A stretch of 63,519 nucleotides of DNA, filler included, from Sphacelaria rigidula (GCA_964200075.2; 5 parts of 5 records of this genome joined end to end with filler, not necessarily neighbours in it); one strand, 5' to 3'; positions 1-13,666 are shown, numbered from the whole stretch's first letter. The notes: generated by a model from the sequence alone, not told the origin. Program-made: numbers and translations.

Positions 1-72
1 GTAGGGATGCGAGGTCAATGATCTTATGACTATGGCATGCATGATCCTGAGTACACCCCCCGTCCCCCACCG
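1..72 (+). repeat. Short interspersed repeat, poly(C)-tailed family A (scaffold starts inside it)
   Basis: gggatgcgaggtcaatg...tatggcatgcatgat...gagtacac(C)n recurs at 11686-11740 (+) and 50727-50797 (-). Confidence 0.8.
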
Positions 73-2556
73 TGTTTCGTTCAAACAGGGAAATCATCCA
101 TATTGGTCGAAAGGCAGCTTGAGAGCACTCTGAATACTTTCGCAGGCAGCTGTAGTAGATGCAGGTATGACGCAAGAATTCATGCAGTATGCGGGCCACT
201 TTATATTGTAGGCGCTTCTCTCACCATCTCCGTTAACCATGTTGAAACACGACGGCAAAAAAAAGACAGGGTACACGAGGCGTGAAAAGGATACAGTCAT
301 CGTCCCTTCGTCAACCGCCTGTCGACTGCGCGCGTGTTGGTCTTGTCTGTTTCCACGATATATATATATATATACATAGGCAGAGAGAGAGAGGGACAGA
401 GGGAGGGAGAGGCAGAGAGACGAGAGGAGTAGAGAGAGATACGGGTCTTCCGGGATCGATTTGTCTTCGTAAATAGCAGTCGCGGGGTTGAGCCGGGCAG
501 CGGTAGAACACATACATGACTGACCAAGCCCAACACTGAACCGCGTTCTTTATCTACCTCGTCGAACGCACGACAATGATGCACACACAAGAGAGTGAGT
601 ATGCTGTCCCCAACGTTGTGAGGGACAAAAAAAAGAAAATGGTGAACGGTGACAATATATTGGTGAACGATAATTACAGATATATATATATATATATATA
701 TGTATATATGGCAATCGAAAAGAAGAAGGACACATCAAGCAAAAATGGAAATGAAAGGCCTCAACACTCGAGGTGGAACAGCCTGTCAAAAAATCTCGAT
801 GAAAAAACAGACACAGGAAGAAACGCACACGGCACCAAGAGAAAATTGGGAACGCCACGGCTGGTGAAAAAACAAATAATAGTACTTAGGAGCCAAAGAT
901 ATTTTTGTCAAGCTCAACCATGTCCGATATTTTCCCAACGAAACAACATCCAAACTACGCCTTGTACTAGCTTTCTTCCCCACGAAACATGTGAGTCCAG
1001 AGAAAGGGGCGCCTTTTATCGGCTCACAAGTATACGCAGCGTCCGCGGGGTGTGGGGCCGTAGCGATGGTGTCCATGGAGATGCAATACACGAATAACGA
1101 GATTCCAGCGGTGCTTGTGACGGATGTTGACACCTCGACCAAAGTCGCGACTACCCAGACGACCTATTTTTCGGTGTTTTTGCACAAGAGAGAACACGGG
1201 CACACGAACACAAACAAAAAAACGCGGAAGGATTTTTTTTTGTTAGGCTGATCCCAACCCCAACCCTGACCCTGACCCTTGGAAGCAAGAACAGAAATGC
1301 TGTCATAATCATATGCCTTACGCGGGATATGAACGATTGCCGAAGGGGGAGCGGATCCCAGATGGATAGCCGAGGTGGGTTCTTATACCTAGATAGATAT
1401 CCATACCCCAGATGGAGGTTGCACAATAGATCAACACCGTGGGCAGCGGGGGAAAGGGGAAATTAGTTGTCCGACTGCGAATCATCGAGGACGGATAGAT
1501 GACAGTCCATGCAAAAAAATCACGTAGGGCAGACATGTCAAGCCGCCAGCTGGTAGGTACACATGGAGGCTTCAAAACCTGGAATGAGAACACAATGGTT
1601 ACCCCCGGCAGGAAAGGGAGACAACACAGCTAGCAGATGCGGTGCTCGAGGTAACGATGAAGTGTTCACTCGCTGACAACACCGCCTTGCGCCAAGGACA
1701 GCATACAAAGGGGCGCTAGACCCCACTATGTGCGTGTGATACAGAATCACAAGCGTTTTTTGGCATGCAAAACTCGGACGTGAAGATTTCAAGCGCTCCT
1801 CTCTTTGAGAGAAACATTTTGGCACTTGCACTGTCCTTATCATGGAAAGCGGCGAGCTTGGCACAGCCCGACTGCCTCCGTACTGCTCCGTAGGGCCCAT
1901 CGTGCTCATCTATACCACGGGCTCCCACTGCAGTGGTCTTAACGGGCGCAGGCAATTCACATTCACGTTCCTGAGTAAACACATAGTGAGCTACATGGGA
2001 AAAATAAAGGAGACGTGTCCTCAAAGAAAACCACCGTCGCGCACATGACCCGAGAAAGCAATTTGTCCCATCTTTCGGCACATGTCAAAAGTCAAACCCC
2101 TCAAACCTTCACGACCGTCACCATCATCACAACACTCTGCAGCAGAGAACTTCGGCAGGGCAAATGATATTACATTGCACAGGTTTTTGATTGGCATAGT
2201 GGGTGGGTCAGACGGCACACGTGCTGCGTTGCTGTGGGTCGGACTCTCAAACATCCTTGAACAAAGCATGCGAACGCTCGACGCGCCTACCCCACATGAC
2301 TCCCGTGAGGCAGTCTAGCCGAGCATCAGGGTAATCGGCACACGAACCCGCTTGCGGGGTAAGAGCTGGATCGGGTGAGGCATCCTTCATCCTTCAAGGA
2401 AAAAAAATAAGGTTCTGCGTTTCTCTGACTGTCTGTCTGTCTGTCTGCCTCTCAAAATAGTGTCATCGTCATTATAGTTGAATGGAGATTTTCGATACAA
2501 ATGGGTTTCACGACTGCCCTACCCCTACCCGTCGACAGTTATAAACAACAACGTAC

Positions 2557-2976
2557 CCGGTCTTCAATTGTCGTAGGGACGAATATATGGTCCCCGGCAA
2601 GAACTCCGGCGCCAGTAGAATACACGATACCGTTGGGAAGCGTGACCGTAGTCTGCCCGTAGCAGCCCTCAATGTCAAGCACAGAAGACTCCACGGAGAA
2701 AGATGACAACGTGCCACAGGAGTCGTCTTCCTCCAACCCTCGTACTCGCTCCGCTTGCGCGTCTTGTCGAACGGTGGAGTGGTGGCTGAGAAGGAGGTGT
2801 TCTTCTTGCTGCCGTATCAGATCCGAAGCTTCTTCCAAACTCTCCACTCGGAGATCGAGGTTTCCCATCAGGTCAAGAGCAGCACTGGTCGCAGTAGCAC
2901 CGCTGACTCTGCCCTTCAGGTCTGCGGTATTTTCTGCACCCAAGCTAATATGCCGGACGCCTTGTATTTCAGAGAG
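2557..2976 (-). CDS. Putative internal exon of an unidentified (possibly decayed) gene
   Basis: 420-nt open frame (LSEIQGVRHISLGAEN...RVESLEEASDLIRQQEEHLL...TIEDR) bounded by a C-rich tract plus AG acceptor (2977-2978) and a GTACGT donor (2551-2556), phase 0-0. No family recognised. Confidence 0.35.
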
Positions 2977-4227
2977 CTATCGTGTGGTTCGTGCGTGCAG
3001 TTGGTGGGGTGAGGGGGTGGGTGGGTGGGTGGATCGGGGGTGGGTGGGGGCGGAAATCACCCGACGAGGCGTGATTGACAACGAGGGTGCGCGGACGGAA
3101 GGTTAGACCGACCGTAAAATTATGCATGTTCCGTTTCGTCGGAGATGAGCCATGTAGCATACATGCAAGATTGGGCGAGCCGAAAAAATGTGCATATGAT
3201 CACACTCTAGCAAACGAGCTTGCACCAGGATTACAGGATGAAGATTTCGTGAAAGGTTAGTGCTATTATTGGCTGTGTGCATCTGGAAGCAGCAACGAAA
3301 CGAGGGAAGCAGGAAGGGGGGGCGGGGAGCACGCGGGGGGTAGGAAACGCCGTATGCCCAGGGGGAATTTTTCTTCTACTTGTGGGTGATGACTACTTGG
3401 CAAATACCACAGAAAGTCCCGGTGGGAAAGGAGTTTGAAGGAGATATGGAAGTGTGCTCGACCTTGTCCAAAGAGTCGGATGTGTTGACCGAAAATAAAA
3501 ACATGAATCAATATTAATCCGGCGAGGGGTAGTTGGTGCTCGGCCAGGGCAGAAACGTGCGGTTGATTTTTCACAGGGTGATGAGACGATCGTCTTCCGA
3601 CTGTAGAACGATTTACGCTGTCGGTGGGGTGATTGTGTGTAGGTGGTAGGGCTTTGCACTAGTTGATTCCATCAAACATAACGCACATCGAAGATTGACG
3701 CGGCCAATACACCCATGGGTCATCAATATATGCGTCGGAGAATTTATTGGTGCCGCGCCGGCGCGTTCGCCGGGCGAGTGTCGGAGATACAAGGCAAAAC
3801 ATCCCTTCCGGCTGGTGAAGGGGACTCACCGCAGAAGCCGCGACAGACATGCACAAAACATACGCAGTTCGGCTTTATCATTCTTCGAAGTCGGACTCGC
3901 TGATGACCGCCCACGGGCAGCATCACGAACACGGAAGTTGGTTTAGCGGAGAAATGAGGAAGAACACACAAATATGAGATCGCATGTTCCATTCTGTGCC
4001 CTTGGCCGAAGTATGCACGCCACCTGTCCGTCCGTCTGTCTGTATGTCTGTCTGTCTCTTGCTCGCGCTTTCTCACCTCATTTCTACCCGCCATTAACGT
4101 CTCGCTGGGGTCTACCGCTCCCGCTTTGAACGCGAGCAGCAGCGGCAAGTAAAAGCACTTCGCCATCCTGCAATCTTCAGATCTTGGTTGTACAGCGGGC
4201 ATCTCGCTATCGGCGCTGCTGCTTAGG

Positions 4228-4273
4228 CACACACACACACACACACACACACACGCGCGCGCGTGCGCACGCG
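4228..4273. repeat. (CA)n-(CG)n alternating purine/pyrimidine tract
   Basis: cacaca...cacgcgcgcgcgtgcgcacgcg seen directly. Confidence 0.9.
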
Positions 4274-5519
4274 TCATCCACGTTAGTTTACTCTCTGTAC
4301 TTCGTTTCGGTGTTTCTCATTCGAAGACATCATTGTCGACGAACAGAGAATTGACTGAACGGACTTGATTGCTTGCTACAGCTTTGTCGACAGGGGACAG
4401 TGCATGGTGATTGCTGTCACCGGAGCAGAATATTTTGAGGCACAGTGTATCCAAACGTTTGTAGTTTAGATAGATCGCCCTGTGTCCAGGGCGCTTCCAA
4501 TTTCAAATTATTTCGGTTTTCGTGACGTTCCGGTCTCGGATTTCGGCGGTGAAACCGGAGTGGTCTCGGCTGGACCCTTCTACTCTAAAATATAGGTCTG
4601 CCGCACGCACCCGGGGTATGGTGATGTGTCGTTGCACGGAAGCGTACATTTGTATTGAAGCACCAATCGTGTTCGTGTTATCACCGTCGCCCTACATTCG
4701 CAAGGGCCCGCAGCAAGCCGGCGCTGAGACGTGAGTCGTTTCCTGGCAAATTCCCGCTAGGTCGTCCCGCACCAGTCCCGGTCCCTACCATTCCTGTTTT
4801 GAAGTACATGTACACCACTAGCTTCCCGGTATGCCAAAGACTATAAGTTGCAAACTGCCGTTTCTCGGGCAGACAGGAGACAGTGTCAAGCGTCAAGCAG
4901 CTGCACGATGGGCCGAGGGGCCCCATATCGGGAAATGACTGCACCACCACTCCCCAGGTCGCCCAAACCTTCTTCTGGGGCCACAGGGGGGGAGGAGGGG
5001 ACCCCTGGGTACCCTATTTGAGGAGGGGGGTACCCCCCTGATCGATGGATAATGGCCATAGTAGTTGCTGTGTGTGCGCGCATCGGTCTTCAGAGCACAG
5101 ATCTATGTACAAGTACGGTACATAAAATATAATGATTGCTGCTGTGTTCGACACTGCGTTCCCCTTTGCAGCGTGACGCGTTCGGCGGTACTACCTGCTC
5201 ACTGCACAGCGGCAGGGTGCAGGGTGACCAAGCACACCGCAGGACGTGACATCCTTAGCCTATCCCTGTCCTGCATTGATTTCGCGTTGTCCTATGCAGT
5301 TCGCCACATTATGAATGCAGCTGCTTATATCTGCGGCCAACGTATACGCAGGATATCACCCCTCGCTACGCACTATATCGCTGCGTCACATTTTGTAAAG
5401 CTGTCCGTGTTGCAGCTACAGCGTGCGTTTGCACCAGGTGGCGCACGCAGGAATGAAAAGGCCGCCTCCGCCGCTGTAATTGCTGCCTGTATCTTGGGCG
5501 AGGCTGTATGGTAACACAG

Positions 5520-5600
5520 CCGCGGCTGGTGCGCCCATATATACCGAAAGGTGGAGACCGGCGTCCAGAACAGATGGGACAACAACACTCACAACACACT
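5520..5600 (+). mobile_element. SINE family B, 3' tail fragment
   Basis: ggctggtgcgcccatatataccgaaaggtg..ggcgtccagaacagatgggacaacaacac matches the tail of the full copy at 22117-22485. Confidence 0.75.
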
Positions 5601-7127
5601 GACTGTGCGCAGTACACTTTCAACATCGTGTTCGTACTGACTGTATTTTTTTTTATTTTTCATCCACGGTCGGCTACGTTTCCAAATATAATGCAGGGTC
5701 TGGTACATCTCCACTTATGATATAACCGAGGGTCTGGTACATTTCCACATGCAAATGTATATAATATTACTCAGTGATATCGTGAAAAAAATCCGCAACA
5801 TCTGGACGAACTGCAGGTGAGGCAATCGCCGAAATATTCGCCCGCGAACTCTGCTCCAGTGCACTGTAAGTTGATGTCGCTAGAAGGACACTACCATAAC
5901 CACCTTGCCGGCTGCCAGATTGTCAGGACGTAGGATCCGCTAGCATTGCTACTGTCTGTCCGGGAATGTTGTCCCCTTGTCGGGTACGTTTTGGAGCATG
6001 ATACTGGATATACATCATCCTTCCTTGTACATGGGCACCAAACGCTGGGCGTTCTCACTCAACACGTCGATTTGGAGGATGATACTAGGTAGGCAGCAGC
6101 AACTGCTGTGTGTCCAGGTGCCCCTTGGAGCAAGATGTGTCCGGTTTCTGTTTGACAAACTTATAAAAAAAAGAACGAAATCAATAGGGGTTTTAGAGTG
6201 GAAAAATCTAGCAAGGCAAATGTCGCAAAAATCAAGTCGCCGAAATTAAGTCGCAGAAAATCCTGTCGCAAAAAACCGCTTAGTCTAATCTTTACCCGCA
6301 GCAGAAACCAAATTCACTTTGTGAATTTGGAACAAGTGTATCATGCCTACCGTCTTTCTTCTCACGTCGGCAGGCCACCGTGGGGCAGCATACTGTTATC
6401 TGTCTTCAGGAGAGCTATGCATCGTGACCAACAAATATTGGCTCAATGACAGCACATTGCACGTGATCGTATTGATCATCAGCAAAATCAAAAATCTCTG
6501 AAACTATATCAAGCGGGTATGTTATGCCTCAACGAAGTGAATGTGCACGGATTATGGTAATTCTAATGTTTGCTACATGAATAATTGTCATTGATTGTAC
6601 AGGCTAGTCCCAGCAAAAGGAACAAAACAATGCCTCCCGGGGAAATAGAACGCGCAGCAGTGAGACACAACACGAAAAAGGGAAGTAGGTTTCCTGCAAC
6701 CGGGCAACCACCTCGGAGTGCGCCGCGCGCTGTGACCTGTCATCTGGACACTTCCATCGTGTTGAACTACTATCCGCTGCCACAGCGAAGAATACGGCCT
6801 GCTGGCGGCAGTGCGGGCACGGTTTGATCGAAAAAAAATCAGCATTATGACTGAGTTATACTCGCTTGTTTCGAAATTAGGCGCGCTCGTTGCAGGAACA
6901 AAGACAAGGACTACGATGTCTGGTTCTACACCCAACTTATATCGCCTGTTGAAAAGTCGTGCGTGCCCCAAAACAAATGTTGGGGGAAGCATCCGCAGTA
7001 CAGTAGCGCGTTGAATCTTGGATTCGATCACAATTGAGTTTGGAGCGTCGAAACCTGAACCCTTGACGAGATAGCGACGACCACTTCTCTTCTAGTGCGC
7101 TCTTTTTGAATGATTAATTTGCCTCCC

Positions 7128-9290
7128 GACAATGCCACTGTCCATTTCCTAGTGTATTCAAGCGCCTTCTCTCTTTGTTTCTGCAACCCGTCTGGTGTTC
7201 CTGATATCCCCACGAAATTATCCGTGAACACCAATCCCGATACCGTACCTCCTCCCACCCTGACTCCTTGTTTCGCTCTTGTGATTGCTACTATCATGTC
7301 ATCAATGAAAATCTTGAATAAAGAAGGTAACAGCGTACATCCTTGGGCAACTCCTTGTAAAATATCAACATACTTCGATATTTCTCCATCTGGCATCGTA
7401 GCACTTCTCGCACATTCCGTCATCATTTCTTACCATTCTCTACATCTCCCCTCTAATCTCAATAGCCACATTTTCCCCACAGCCCATTTCTCCATACTGT
7501 GTCATAGGCCTCATGTTCGTCGAGAAAGAAACAATATATTGATCATCCCGCTTTCTTTCTACAGTACCTTCAAAAATCTTACCTAATGTGTACACAGGGC
7601 TCACGCAGCTACGGTTTGGTGTAAACCCTGCTTACCCCTCACTGATACTATTTTCCTTTCTTCAACATTGTTCTCACTCCCTCAATCAGAATCTTACATA
7701 CTGGTTTTCCTACGGTGCTCAGTAGCGTCATTCCTCCATATTTCCCTGGGTCAGCCTTGTCTTTTCTGTTGAAGATATTACTACTCCTTCTCCGCACCTC
7801 ATGGGTGTGTACTCGTTCCCCACACACAATTATACAGCATAACCATCACGGCGATCATTCCCTCTCCCTTGTTCTTAAGAAATTCGTTCACTATTTCGTC
7901 TGCCCCTGCTGCCTTCCTGTCCTTGAGTTTAGCTACACAATGCTTCACTTCCTCTTATATGAACTCTCCCCGCGATTCCTTTGAACCACCATTCTCCGGT
8001 TTTGATGCCTCTACGTTTGCCTCTACCCACGTGTTGGTTGCTTTATCGAATTCCGCGTCGAACCTCTTGTGAATTGTTGGTGTTCCTAGTTTTCGGCAAT
8101 GTTCGACTTGTACTCCTCTCTTCCCCTTGAGAGTGCCAACCATTTTACCGTTCAGTGCACTCAGTGTGGATATTTCTTTGGCAGCCTCTTCTGCCTGTTT
8201 GCCCCGTATCCCTTTTATCTCTATCCACATTTGCTTCATTCCGCCATCAAAGATTTCACTTTTGTTTTTTGAACTGCATCTTTCATTATCCCCTTGTATT
8301 CCTTCTCCACCATATTCTTTACTTATTTTCTATTATAAACAGCCGATCATCGAAATTGAGAATGGAGCTTTTAATTGGGGAGGAAAATCCGGAGGATGAA
8401 AATTTTCGTATTCAAACCAAATCTTCGAAATATGGTTTCATTCCTTCATCTACTGGTAGTTGTTGACAACTACTGCGCGCTATACAAATTTGAATTTCGA
8501 CAGCCGAAATGTTGGGGTTCTAGATGAAGAACCACTTTCGGGGAACTTCGGCGATCCGATCGGATCAACTTAGTTCCCCTAACTTTATTCTTCATCCAGG
8601 ACCCCAACTTTCCGGTTGTCAAAATCCCAATTTGTAGGGCGTGTACCAGTTGTCAATAGCTACCAGTGGGTGAAGGAATGAAACCATATTTCGAAGATTT
8701 GGTGTGGATACGAAGATTTGAATTTTCCGGGTTCTCATCCTCAACGAAAAGCTGTATCCTCAATTTCGGTGGGAGGAATAGCTATAGCATACTCCTCCCA
8801 CCCTACCGTAGTTGTGCTTGATGCATTAATCGCGTGGGCTGCTCCCCTTACCTTTACACCCTCTTACACTTCCTCATCCGACCATATTACTGCTCTGTTG
8901 CACACGATCAGTTTTTTCCGTATTGCTGTACTTGCTGTGGTCTTGACCGATTGCTCCCATCCTTTTATAACCTTCGCCATTGCCTGATCCCTTTCCGTTT
9001 CGGTATTAGCTACAGAATACCTACGCTTTCTAACAACTTGGGGAAATTTCACTGCATATTTGTTAATCTCTTGCTGGCAGTCTTGCTGTTTTTCGTTTGT
9101 TTCTAGTTTATTTATTCTCCGTTTGCACAGCTTCCCACCCCGCCTATTTTTTATAACTCTCGCCTGTAGGCCGCCCGTCCATATTAGGCAGTGATCCGTA
9201 GTTCCCACGTCCTCTGCGCATACATGCACTTCCGTTCCCTTACAACTTTGGGTGGGGGGCTGAATCCAACTATCTGTGCTGTCAGACATA
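7128..9290 (-). mobile_element. Degraded non-LTR retrotransposon (LINE) ORF2 fragment: end of APE endonuclease plus reverse transcriptase
   Basis: Minus-strand fragments DVGTTDHCLIW (APE C-terminal SDH-like motif) and QGVAQGCTLLPSLFKIFIDDM...GLVFTDNFVG...LQKQ...EYTRKW (RT QG..LSP.LF and degenerate F/YADD motifs). Multiple stops and frameshifts; interrupted at 8338-8771. Confidence 0.85.
8338..8771. mobile_element. Palindromic foldback MITE inserted into the LINE
   Basis: ~200-bp imperfect inverted arms meet at the perfect palindrome gatccgatcggatc (8553-8566). A terminal fragment of the same family lies at 12728-12795. Confidence 0.8.
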
Positions 9291-9454
9291 GCCCGACTTC
9301 CGCCAATGAACTTGGTTCAACAGCTCAAAGTACGTCCCTGAACTCAGAGATAGGCTATACTTCCTCGGGAGTGGTACGAATTGACCGCGAGTCAGAAAGA
9401 TCGAATTTATGTGGTCGTTCGAAAGACCAGTGAGGCGTCTGAGTTTCGGAGTAA

Positions 9455-9701
9455 GGGGTATTATCAACGGGACAACTTCTTCCAAACATTCCGACGTTTC
9501 AATGGGATTTTCTTCCGCCTTCTCCGAAAACCAATCGCTGAAAAACTAACCCGACGTTAGATTTTCGGAGAAATCTCTTGAACTGATCTGTTATTGTCTG
9601 ACTTAGTTAAGAAATCTGCTCTCGAATTTTACAGAGAGGATGTTACTTTCCGAAGAAGTAGGAAATTTCGAGGGGAAATACAGCCCCGTTGATAATATCC
9701 C
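9455..9701. mobile_element. PIF/Harbinger (Tourist)-like MITE
   Basis: TIRs ggggtattatcaacggg / cccgttgataatatccc, flanked by TAA and TGA (near-matching 3-bp TSD). Confidence 0.6.
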
Positions 9702-10402
9702 TGACCTGGATATTAAAGGCAGTGAAGGGAAAGATCAGTTGACCCCTATTAGTTGTCTATGCACTGTACATACACCCCTTCAGCCAATGCGTGTAGCACC
9801 TTTTGCTGGTGAAGACCTTACTCATACTGCTTTTTATCACGATTTTCTGAGAATGTTTCAATTGTTCCTAAAGTTCGATCATGTGGGTTGGGGAGTGGGG
9901 GAGACTGACATAACAGCAAATCCGCATCATAATACTGTAATGGGAGGGGTGTGGCGCCTGGACTGATGGACATGCCATGCACCCCTTGACCCATCACCAG
10001 GTAGATGGATTGGCACGGCGTGCCATAAGCTTTCGACATGAAAACCTGTGGCCATCATTTCAGGGCTGGCAACAAATTTGTAGTAGCACACAGGCACCCG
10101 CCATGCAACGCGCAGGCATCCACTGGGAGCTTTTTGATCGGACGCGTTTGATCCCGCACGGGGCGGGAATCGATGCGCATGGTTGTGCAGTGTGTACTCT
10201 TCCCGCACCCAAGATGTGCGCAGTCCGGGACCATTTGCGAGCGGTGCGCGGGTTTGCGAAAGCAGTCATTGAAACCTCATTTCCGGACAGATCACAGGCC
10301 ACACGAGGAAGCAAATACCAGGTCTAGGTACATCATGAGCGGTCGAGCAAGAGAGAGCTATCGTGAGGGCTATCGAGAGCACTGTATGAGGTCCCGTGAA
10401 AC

Positions 10403-11143
10403 GTGTGTGGACCCGATGCTGCCGGTGGCGGCAATAGTAGCGGGCTGAGGTATCGACGGAAAAGGTCTGGCAGGGGCGGGCTCGCGGACATATCTTGCGG
10501 CGGCGACAGACGGCGATCAAGAGGGGCGGCGCCAGAGCCGATCACGGCGCCGGACGCGGATGTTGATGCCCACGCGTACGGGCGACTCCACTATCGTATC
10601 TTGAGGCATTGACAGGCTTTGGAAGAAGGGGGGACCGCGGCAGCAGTAAAAGCATACCTGCCAAGTGCGGCGCTCCCCCACCCTTCTTGTTGTGCGCCGC
10701 AACTCCATCTGTTGTAGTGGTGTCATTGCAATGGGCCTGATCAGAGTATCCACAACGCATCTGGACCCGGTATAAGTCAGGAAGAGATGTCCGCAGTCCA
10801 CTTCACAATCCAGTTCGGGGGTTTGTTCGGGGAGCGCTTCAAGAAATGGCTCGTGACTTCCACCGATACTGACCAGTGCATTTTTGTACCCCTGGCTATG
10901 TCCTCCGAGTGTGTCACGCCGCAGAGCTCAGACGCGCTGCAAGTCGTTGTCAAACGCATTGTGAATGTTGGCCCCCGATACATACTGGTGAACAGGGCAT
11001 ACAACGCGATCGAGAAACTGAGGGACAATAGCGAGAGTGCTTGGCCGCCTGACGGACAGTGTCCTTGGCGGACGATGTACTATGAAAATGGTACTATTCA
11101 TCCCAACCCAACTGTTGGCCGGATGCGACTTCCTACCTCTTGA
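10403..11143 (+). pseudogene. Decayed reading frame of unknown family
   Basis: ORFs 10403-10612 and 10787-11143 share one frame, broken only by two in-frame stops. A further exon-like frame follows the acceptor cctttag at ~11351. Confidence 0.3.
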
Positions 11144-11645
11144 GTCCGGGATTGAGTCATGCCACGGTAGGGTTGCACACAACATTCCTCAGAGTTGAAT
11201 CGTTACGAGTCCTCTATCAAATCCATATAACGGCTTAAAATATATATATGAGAGCACGTAACGATTAGCAGTCCAACGATCCAGGGATATCTCGAGTGAA
11301 TTCCAAACGGGAAAATCCTGATCCATTTTCTTGTGTAGCTCCTACCTTTAGGAACCCCTCAATCAGAAACATCTGGACCGGAATATGCAACCCCTGCCAT
11401 GGCATAACTCGACCCCTTTCCCCAAGATGTAGGATTTCGTCCCGAAGGCTCTGAGACCAATGCTGGGGTTAAAGACGGTACCCTGGGGGCGGATATCGAC
11501 AAGGGCGTGAAGCTGCTAGCCACGATAGTTGTTTCAGGCACGAAGGCGCTTGTGCGCAAGTCGCCACGAATCCGGTACTTCTTTTCACCGTGTCCCGGCA
11601 GTACTTGGAGTCGTACGTGAAGAAGAACTGCCTCAAACTCTCAAT

Positions 11646-11740
11646 CTGGTCCGGCGAAAACCCGGCGTGCTCCGTCCCGGCCTTGTAGGGATGCGAGGTC
11701 AATGGTCTGATGACTATGGCATGCATGATACTGACTACTC
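11646..11740 (+). repeat. Poly(C)-tailed family A copy with longer 5' part
   Basis: ctggtccggcgaaaacccggcgtgctccgtcccggccttgtagggatgcgaggtcaatgg... The head also occurs at 63254-63298. Confidence 0.75.
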
Positions 11741-11974
11741 TCAATCTCACGAAAACGTGGTGATCGGTCGTCATAAAAAATGATCCAAGGTCGTGTCTCA
11801 GAATATTACTTTTCGATCGGAATGTGGGGTGGAAAAGGAAAGTTCTAATGTGATAGATCGCGATATCAACGATCATCATTTATGTTGGAATCTCGACCTA
11901 TCAGATATAATTTATTTTTTTCACCTCATTTTTTCGATCGAAAAATGATTTGCTTAGACACGGTCTTAGGCTCA

Positions 11975-12470
11975 TCATGAGGTTATTATCGATACTGTTT
12001 TTCGGAGATCTTCGAATTTTTCGGGACTGGCAAGGTACCTGATGACTCTTGCATGCTTGCGAGCACTACGGCGTACAAACAGGGCAGCTCTGCGAAGTGC
12101 TGCGTTGCAGTCCAAATGGTTCGAATTCTCCAAAAATGAACCTTCGAGCGAAATCAAGCCGCTCCGTTTTTGGAGAAGTCTAAACGGAGAGCCTGGTCAA
12201 CACTGGTTTTCGTAGATCTCAGTTTTATGTTTACTTTTCGGACTCTGCATTCAGACTTGTCCCAAAACTAAAAGCGGCTTGGTTTATGTTCCGAAGCTTT
12301 ATTTTCGTAAAAGCAAAAACAATGGGACTGCAACGCTGCACTTCGGAGAGCTACCCTGTGTGTACGCCGTGGCAGTCGTATAAGCGTTCGGGAGTCGTCG
12401 GGTAGCATCGGCTAGCTTGCCAGTCACGCACATTTCGGAGATGTCTGAAAAAACAGTGTCGATAGTTATA
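11975..12470. mobile_element. Non-autonomous inverted-repeat element (family F)
   Basis: Inverted ends tcgatactgtttttcggagat / gtctgaaaaaacagtgtcgat. The motif ctgcaacgc.gcacttcggagagct recurs at 55520-55745 and 56472-56675. Confidence 0.55.
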
Positions 12471-12559
12471 TTCCCGATTAATTTTGATACAGCGTTTTTG
12501 GTGATGTCCTGAAATTTCGAACATTAATAATGACGGATGAAAGCTTGTGAGCACAGAGC

Positions 12560-12627
12560 CGGTCGCCCCGGTGGCTCAGTTGGTTACTTCATAACCTTCT
12601 GATGGTTGAGTTGTGGGGTTCGATTCT
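12560..12627 (+). mobile_element. tRNA-derived SINE family B head (cut by scaffold end)
   Basis: Pol III A box TGGCTCAGTTGG and B box GGTTCGATTC. Homologous to the head at 22410-22485 (-). Confidence 0.75.
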
Positions 12628-12727
12628 NNNNNNNNNNNNNNNNNNNNNNNNNNNNNNNNNNNNNNNNNNNNTTAATTAATTAANNNNNNNNNNNNNNNNN
12701 NNNNNNNNNNNNNNNNNNNNNNNNNNN
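12628..12727. other. Artificial scaffold spacer N44-TTAATTAATTAA-N44
   Basis: Identical 100-bp linker with stops in all six frames, present four times. Confidence 0.98.
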
Positions 12728-13666
12728 ATTTTAATCCTCCGGGTTCTCATCCTCAATCAAAAGCACCATCCTCAACATAGATGATTGGCTGTTATTTCCT
12801 GAGAAATTTGCACTGAAATGACAAAAACCGTTTACCGAACCTCTCTAATGGTGAAGACTCAAAACCTCCTTTAGATTTTTCAGGATCGCCTGTTCCCAGG
12901 TGGACTGGGGTGCTGAGGCGACCGCTGGAAATATGAAAACTGCTTCCGAAGCGGTTGAACAAAAATACATGAGTAACAGGTTGAGGATCACGAAGTACAC
13001 GATGTGCCTGCATGCATGATGTCATAGAGGGTGCTACTCCCAAAAAGAGAGTAGCTATACACAGGTAGGGCGTCGGCCTAACCGCAGTCGAATGCCAGAC
13101 ACTATTATTATACTACTGGTTTTACTCGGGAATTTGAGAATACGTAACTCTCTACTGCTTCAACATATAGTAGATGACCCACCCTACCTGGCGGTCAGAA
13201 GGTTTGAGTCAAATAAATTTCCCTGCTCATGTCGTGGTCATTTGACAACAATATGCTACTATAATACGTACAGTATACTGCACGCTTTTACAGGGGAGGG
13301 GGGAGGGGCGGGAGGGGGTATTCTCTGGTGAAGGGACCTATAGCTAATTATACCCTTATTATTATCCGGTCAAGGGGCGGGGGTAGGGGTATCCGCAGCA
13401 GTATTCCGGAAGTACTCTCCGTCCGCAACTCCGTACGGCATACACAACATATAGGGTTCAACGATGGAAAGGTGTGAGAGCCTAGGCCTCATCATTTCGA
13501 CGATACAGTCCGTTTTCTTGTGTGCCGCGCCCTTTTTGTGTCACGGGTAACAGGCGATCTATACGATCCTCTGTACATTTTTTTTTCTCGGAAAGTCCAG
13601 ATCGATTACGACGAAAGGACAAACGGACCACCACCACCGCAAGCACTTGGCTCCTGTACCTTTTTT

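Noticed and set aside
12560-12627. Functional tRNA genes (also 22410-22485, 23025-23095)
   Set aside because: A/B boxes are present, but acceptor/anticodon stems are not convincing and the sequences continue into SINE bodies.
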